A stretch of DNA of 64,000 nucleotides from Nitrospirota bacterium (GTDB lineage Bacteria > Nitrospirota > Nitrospiria > Nitrospirales > Nitrospiraceae), in NCBI GenBank assembly GCA_963703955.1, contig CAVPGK010000014.1, positions 1 to 64,000 of the forward strand. The letters run 5' to 3'. Within the stretch, counting starts at the first letter, position 1. Every line of letters begins with the position of its first letter. The position numbers and the translations under genes were made by a program. Below the pieces are notes generated by a model that saw only the letters and a program-made list of their open reading frames with translations, made no database searches and was not told the origin of the DNA. Of this stretch, positions 60,278 through 64,000 are shown in pieces.

Positions 60278-60805
60278 ATGAAATGGCTCATCCCGCCCGC
60301 GCTTCTTCTCATCACGTGTACGCAATGCGTAGGTCTTGGTCGGGTGGATGCGGCCCCAGCAGCCGAGGGGACGCGGGATCATCTCAAGAGAGCCAAGGTC
60401 TTTCTGGCAGCAGGCGATTACCGCCGCGCGTTGGAAGCCTGTCAGAAAGAAGTGGAAGAGGCGCCTTCAGCGGCCAGCTACGTGTATCTGACCTATGTCT
60501 TTCAAGCGATCGACGGCTATCTGGATCATTTGGCGACCGCCGATCGTTGGGTGGGCGTGGAACAGCTCTACTGGAACTTGATCTCTCAAGGACCCCAGGA
60601 TCTGACCGATCCCCCGGATGTCTTGGCACGGATTGCCAAAGAAATCATTCAGGAGAGTTCCCGGAAACAGTCCGACGTGACGGCGGCGATGGCCGCGCGG
60701 CTGGATGCATCCGAGGTGACACGTCTCTGGAAGCAGCAGACGGCCTGGCGCAGCGAACGCCCTGTCGGCTGGTGGGCGGGCGTGCCCGCCGAGTGGGGGT
60801 GGTGA
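60278..60805 (+). CDS. Hypothetical secreted TPR-like protein
   Basis: GAGGAGG RBS, signal-like N-terminus, TPR-like helix pair. Confidence 0.7.
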   Translation: MKWLIPPALLLITCTQCVGLGRVDAAPAAEGTRDHLKRAKVFLAAGDYRRALEACQKEVEEAPSAASYVYLTYVFQAIDGYLDHLATADRWVGVEQLYWNLISQGPQDLTDPPDVLARIAKEIIQESSRKQSDVTAAMAARLDASEVTRLWKQQTAWRSERPVGWWAGVPAEWGW

Positions 60806-60810
60806 AGCTG

Positions 60811-60907
60811 AGAGGGGTAGACGGACTGCCCTTTGTGCTCACGCAGCGCGCACGATCAGAATGTGCTCGCTGGACGCGCGCAGTAAAGGGCAGTCCGTCC
60901 ACCCTCT
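60811..60907. repeat. Long hairpin repeat with a conserved 51-nt core (copy B)
   Basis: Core 60834-60884 matches 17271-17321. Outer stem GACGGACTGCCCTTT / AAAGGGCAGTCCGTC. Confidence 0.85.
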
Positions 60908-60963
60908 AGCTATTTTGCTGGGTTAAAAAGAACTGAGCTGACCCCGTCAATAAGGGAGGGCAT

Positions 60964-61137
60964 ATGACCTTCAAAGACTTCATGAGCCCGGCTTTAAAAG
61001 ACTTTGAGAAACATTTAAAACAACAGAGGATGACGGCCAACACGGTCGACAGTCGGATGAGAGGAGCTAGGGAATTTGCTCGGCATGTTTCTGGCGACCC
61101 TCATCTCTATGGCGAGCGCACGAAGGATAGTATTTGA
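60964..61137 (+). CDS. Small 57-aa protein resembling an integrase N-terminal SAM-like domain
   Basis: MTFKDFMSPALKDFEKHLKQQRMTANTVDSRMRGAREFARHVSGDPHLYGERTKDSI. GGGAGG RBS. Below the ORF-track cutoff. Confidence 0.55.
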   Translation: MTFKDFMSPALKDFEKHLKQQRMTANTVDSRMRGAREFARHVSGDPHLYGERTKDSI

Positions 61138-61163
61138 CTGAAGAGACCACGGGCGCCGCTAGG

Positions 61164-61193
61164 TTGACAGTTTCGAGAGGCGTGGGTTACGAT
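61164..61193 (+). promoter_or_regulatory. Sigma70-type promoter for trxA
   Basis: TTGACA-N18-TACGAT. Confidence 0.55.
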
Positions 61194-61221
61194 GACTGAT
61201 AGTTTAGTGAAGGAGGTCAGA

Positions 61222-61569
61222 GTGGGTACACTGGCAATGAAAGTTGACGAAAGCAGCTGGGACGCTGAGGTACTGGGGGCGTCCGGTTTGGTGATGGTGG
61301 ATTTTTGGGCGGTCTGGTGCGGTCCTTGTCAAATGGTCGCGCCGATTGTCGATGAGTTGGCCGGCGAATACGCAGGCAAGCTCAAGGTGATGAAACTCAA
61401 CACCGATGAAAATCCAGAAATTGCGGGTCGCTATCAGGTGATGAGTATTCCAACCATTGTCTTTTTCAAGAATGGACAGCCGGCCGAGAAGTTGATCGGA
61501 GCCAGGCCGAAGCGGCAATTTAAGGAAGTCATCGACACCCTACTCACGCAATCCTCCGCAAACGCATAA
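61222..61569 (+). CDS. trxA: Thioredoxin
   Basis: [10 protein letters not shown] and SIPT. GTG start after AGGAGG. Confidence 0.96.
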   Translation: MGTLAMKVDESSWDAEVLGASGLVMVDFWAVWCGPCQMVAPIVDELAGEYAGKLKVMKLNTDENPEIAGRYQVMSIPTIVFFKNGQPAEKLIGARPKRQFKEVIDTLLTQSSANA

Positions 61570-61672
61570 CCGACTGGAGTCGGCGGTCGAGGGACGCATC
61601 AGGAGAGAAACGTGGGCGCAGGCGTTTCCATTCTGGCACGCATCGTCAGTCGCTGATGGTTCATCGCGTGGC

Positions 61673-63364
61673 ATGCTCACCGAGCTCCGCATTTCCAACT
61701 TCGCTGTTATCGACCGTCTCGGGCTGAATTTCTCATCTGGATTTCACGTCTTAACCGGGGAAACCGGTGCCGGTAAGTCGATTCTTGTCGATGCTATCGC
61801 GCTGCTGATCGGCGGACGAGGATCGGTGGATCAGATTCGGTCCGATGCCGATGAGGCTGTGCTAGAAGCCTCATTCGCGATTCCCGCCGAAGGGCCGGTC
61901 GCCGATCGGTTTCGGACTCTTGACCTCCTGGAACCCGGTGCGACGGAACTCATCATCCGTCGAATCTTGTCGCGAACCGGTCGCCACCGGATTTACGTCA
62001 ATGGAGTGCTGACCCCCCTCCATGCTCTTGAACATCTCGCCGGGACCCTCGTCGACATTCACGGACAGCATGAACAACAATCCTTGCTCTCCTCGCAAGC
62101 GCAGATGAATGCCGTAGATGCGTTCGGCCATCTGAGCGGTCTCCGACAAGACTATGCCGAACAGTTTGCCCGTTGGCATGCCCGACGACGTGAACTGGAG
62201 GAGGCTGAGCGTCTCGCCGTAGACCAGGCCGCTCGCGAAGAGCTGCTTCACTTCCAGTATCGAGAGCTTGAAGGGGCTGACCTGCGCCCCGGTGAGGAGG
62301 AGATGCTCGCCGCAGAGCGGGACCGGCTGGCCCACGCTCGCCGTCTTGCCGAACTTCAGCATGAGGCCTACGAGTTGCTGTATGACAGCGATACATCGAT
62401 TCTGGGACGATTGGGAATCGTCGCCGATCGGCTGCGAGAATTTGAAAAAATCGACCCCCAGACCAGAGAATGGATGGAACTCTCTAACGGGGCCACCGCG
62501 CACCTTCAGGAACTGGCTCAGCAACTCCGGTCCTATCGTGAACGTTTTGATGAAGATCCGGATCGATTGGGTCATATCGAAGAGCGTCTCGATCGACTCC
62601 AACGCCTCCGCAAGAAGTATGGTGGAACCATCGATTCCCTATTATCCCGAGCACGGGATCTCAAACGACAGATTGATGACTTGGCTGAGGTGGAGACAAG
62701 GACGGCTGACCTGCGTCTCGCCGTCGAGCAGAATTGGCGTCGGGTGCAAGAACTCGCCCAACGACTGTCGGACCGTCGTCGGATAGTGGCCCGCGAAATG
62801 GAAGCGCAGGTCGAAGCGGAACTGGCTGCGCTGCGCATGGATCATACCCAATTCCGAATCACGGTTCGAACGGGTACTGAAGAGGTCGAGCTTGGTCCGA
62901 CCGGACGGGATCATATTGAGTACCTTCTTTCGGCCAACCAAGGGGAGCCTCTCCAGCCTCTGGCTCGTGTGGCGTCGGGCGGGGAACTCTCTCGGGTGAT
63001 GCTTGCCATCAAGACGGTCCTTGCCGAAACCGATAGGGTACCGGTGCTCATTTTCGATGAGGTGGACGCCGGGATCGGCGGTGCCGTGGCGGCAGTCATG
63101 GGGCGGAGACTTCGGGCCCTATCCGGCTATCACCAGGTGTTTTGCCTGACACACCTCCCGCAAATTGCTTCTCAGGCCGGGGCGCATTTTCGCGTACACA
63201 AAACGTTAGTCAAAAAGCGAACGGTCACCCGCGTCATTCACCTTGATTCCGATGGTAGAAGGGATGAAATCGCTCGCATGCTAGGCGGCCTGGCTATTAC
63301 CAAAGCGGTACGGGACACTGCAGCAGAGATGATCGAAGAGGCAGAACGGCACTGTTCACGATAA
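61673..63364 (+). CDS. recN: DNA repair protein RecN
   Basis: TGETGAGKS, HGQHE, SGGELSR, FDEVDAGIGG, THLPQ. Confidence 0.97.
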   Translation: MLTELRISNFAVIDRLGLNFSSGFHVLTGETGAGKSILVDAIALLIGGRGSVDQIRSDADEAVLEASFAIPAEGPVADRFRTLDLLEPGATELIIRRILSRTGRHRIYVNGVLTPLHALEHLAGTLVDIHGQHEQQSLLSSQAQMNAVDAFGHLSGLRQDYAEQFARWHARRRELEEAERLAVDQAAREELLHFQYRELEGADLRPGEEEMLAAERDRLAHARRLAELQHEAYELLYDSDTSILGRLGIVADRLREFEKIDPQTREWMELSNGATAHLQELAQQLRSYRERFDEDPDRLGHIEERLDRLQRLRKKYGGTIDSLLSRARDLKRQIDDLAEVETRTADLRLAVEQNWRRVQELAQRLSDRRRIVAREMEAQVEAELAALRMDHTQFRITVRTGTEEVELGPTGRDHIEYLLSANQGEPLQPLARVASGGELSRVMLAIKTVLAETDRVPVLIFDEVDAGIGGAVAAVMGRRLRALSGYHQVFCLTHLPQIASQAGAHFRVHKTLVKKRTVTRVIHLDSDGRRDEIARMLGGLAITKAVRDTAAEMIEEAERHCSR

Positions 63365-63528
63365 AGTATCTGGAGCTCAATGCAGGAGTCTCGTGTTCCG
63401 TACCATCTACGGTCGTGGCCACCGATCGGTCGCGGTAAGAGGCCCTGTGCGCGTCAGCCTGGCCCATGCGTGACCGTGCCCAGGTGGATTCTCGTGCATT
63501 CCTTGGTCTCAGGGGCCTGATTGAAGGA

Positions 63529-64000
63529 ATGGGGATGATCCGGGTAGAGAGCAGACAGGGACTCGCGATATTCGGTGTGGTATGCGTTGTTCTTTTCATA
63601 GTGGGTCCGTCGGTGCTGGCGCAAACACCGAGCTCGTCCGACTCGAAACCTTCGAACCCCACGAAAGGGACGGAGATCGACGGAGAAAAACACTCTCCCG
63701 AAAAGTTGGAGAAGGACTCCCTCATCGTTACGTCTGAATACTACATTGGTCCAGAGGATGTGCTGGAGATCATCGTATGGAGGAACGCGGACCTTTCCAA
63801 AGTCGTAACGGTCCGACCTGACGGGCGTATCTCCTTGCCGCTGCTCGGTGACATTGAGGCCACGGGGCTCACTCCTGCAGAATTGACGGCCAGTATCGTC
63901 GGCCGCCTGAAGCAGTTCAAAGAAACGCCAACCGTGTCTGTTCTCCTCCAACAGGTCAATAGCTACGGAATTTATGTCTTGGGCGAAGTCACCAAACCTA
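63529..64000 (+). CDS. Polysaccharide export protein (Wza/PES domain), partial at the window end
   Basis: My translation: YYIGPEDVLEIIVWRNADLS..VRPDGRISLPLLGDI..GLTP..YVLGEV. Open at the window edge. Confidence 0.88.
   Translation, partial: MGMIRVESRQGLAIFGVVCVVLFIVGPSVLAQTPSSSDSKPSNPTKGTEIDGEKHSPEKLEKDSLIVTSEYYIGPEDVLEIIVWRNADLSKVVTVRPDGRISLPLLGDIEATGLTPAELTASIVGRLKQFKETPTVSVLLQQVNSYGIYVLGEVTKP

Noticed and set aside
258..63959. Many antisense or overlapping ORFs in the six-frame track (e.g. 23256-24584, 43706-44743, 58738-59787, 63454-63951)
   Set aside because: They are shadow ORFs opposite well-supported genes in GC-rich DNA, with no motifs.

Overview
The window is bacterial chromosome, most likely Nitrospira/Nitrospirota (my inference from gene content, gene order and intergenic repeat types; not verified). 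It has two parts. (1) About 1-22.8 kb is an accessory mosaic. A putative defence-type P-loop ATPase gene is broken by two identical IS256 copies and one IS3 copy. After it come small cargo genes and gene stubs: one intact xth plus two extra 3' tails, MazE and DUF2442 antitoxin stubs, DUF4126, DUF6010, a 2OG-Fe(II) oxygenase, SDR, SRPBCC, DHFR-like, a PNPOx-GAF-wHTH regulator with a di-cupredoxin, an aspartyl protease, MltF, a tail-fibre-chaperone-like protein and a CHRD/PEP-CTERM protein. Many cargo boundaries and truncation points carry related 20-25 nt REP-like imperfect palindromes, and no recombinase for them is in the window. This REP-delimited cassette array is the most intriguing signal. 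(2) About 22.9-64 kb is mostly housekeeping: pncA-pncB-AIR-synthase-like-P-type ATPase, an orphan T1SS pair, rfbF, hpnD/hpnE, nrdJ, a folB-methyltransferase fusion, moaC/moaDE/moaA, accD-folC-lptD, a debranching enzyme, trxA, recN and a partial wza-like gene. Also notable are a dispersed hairpin repeat with compensatory base changes, MITE-like elements and an operator with 11-bp periodicity. I found no rRNA, tRNA or CRISPR array. All family assignments come from motif recognition by eye, not database searches.
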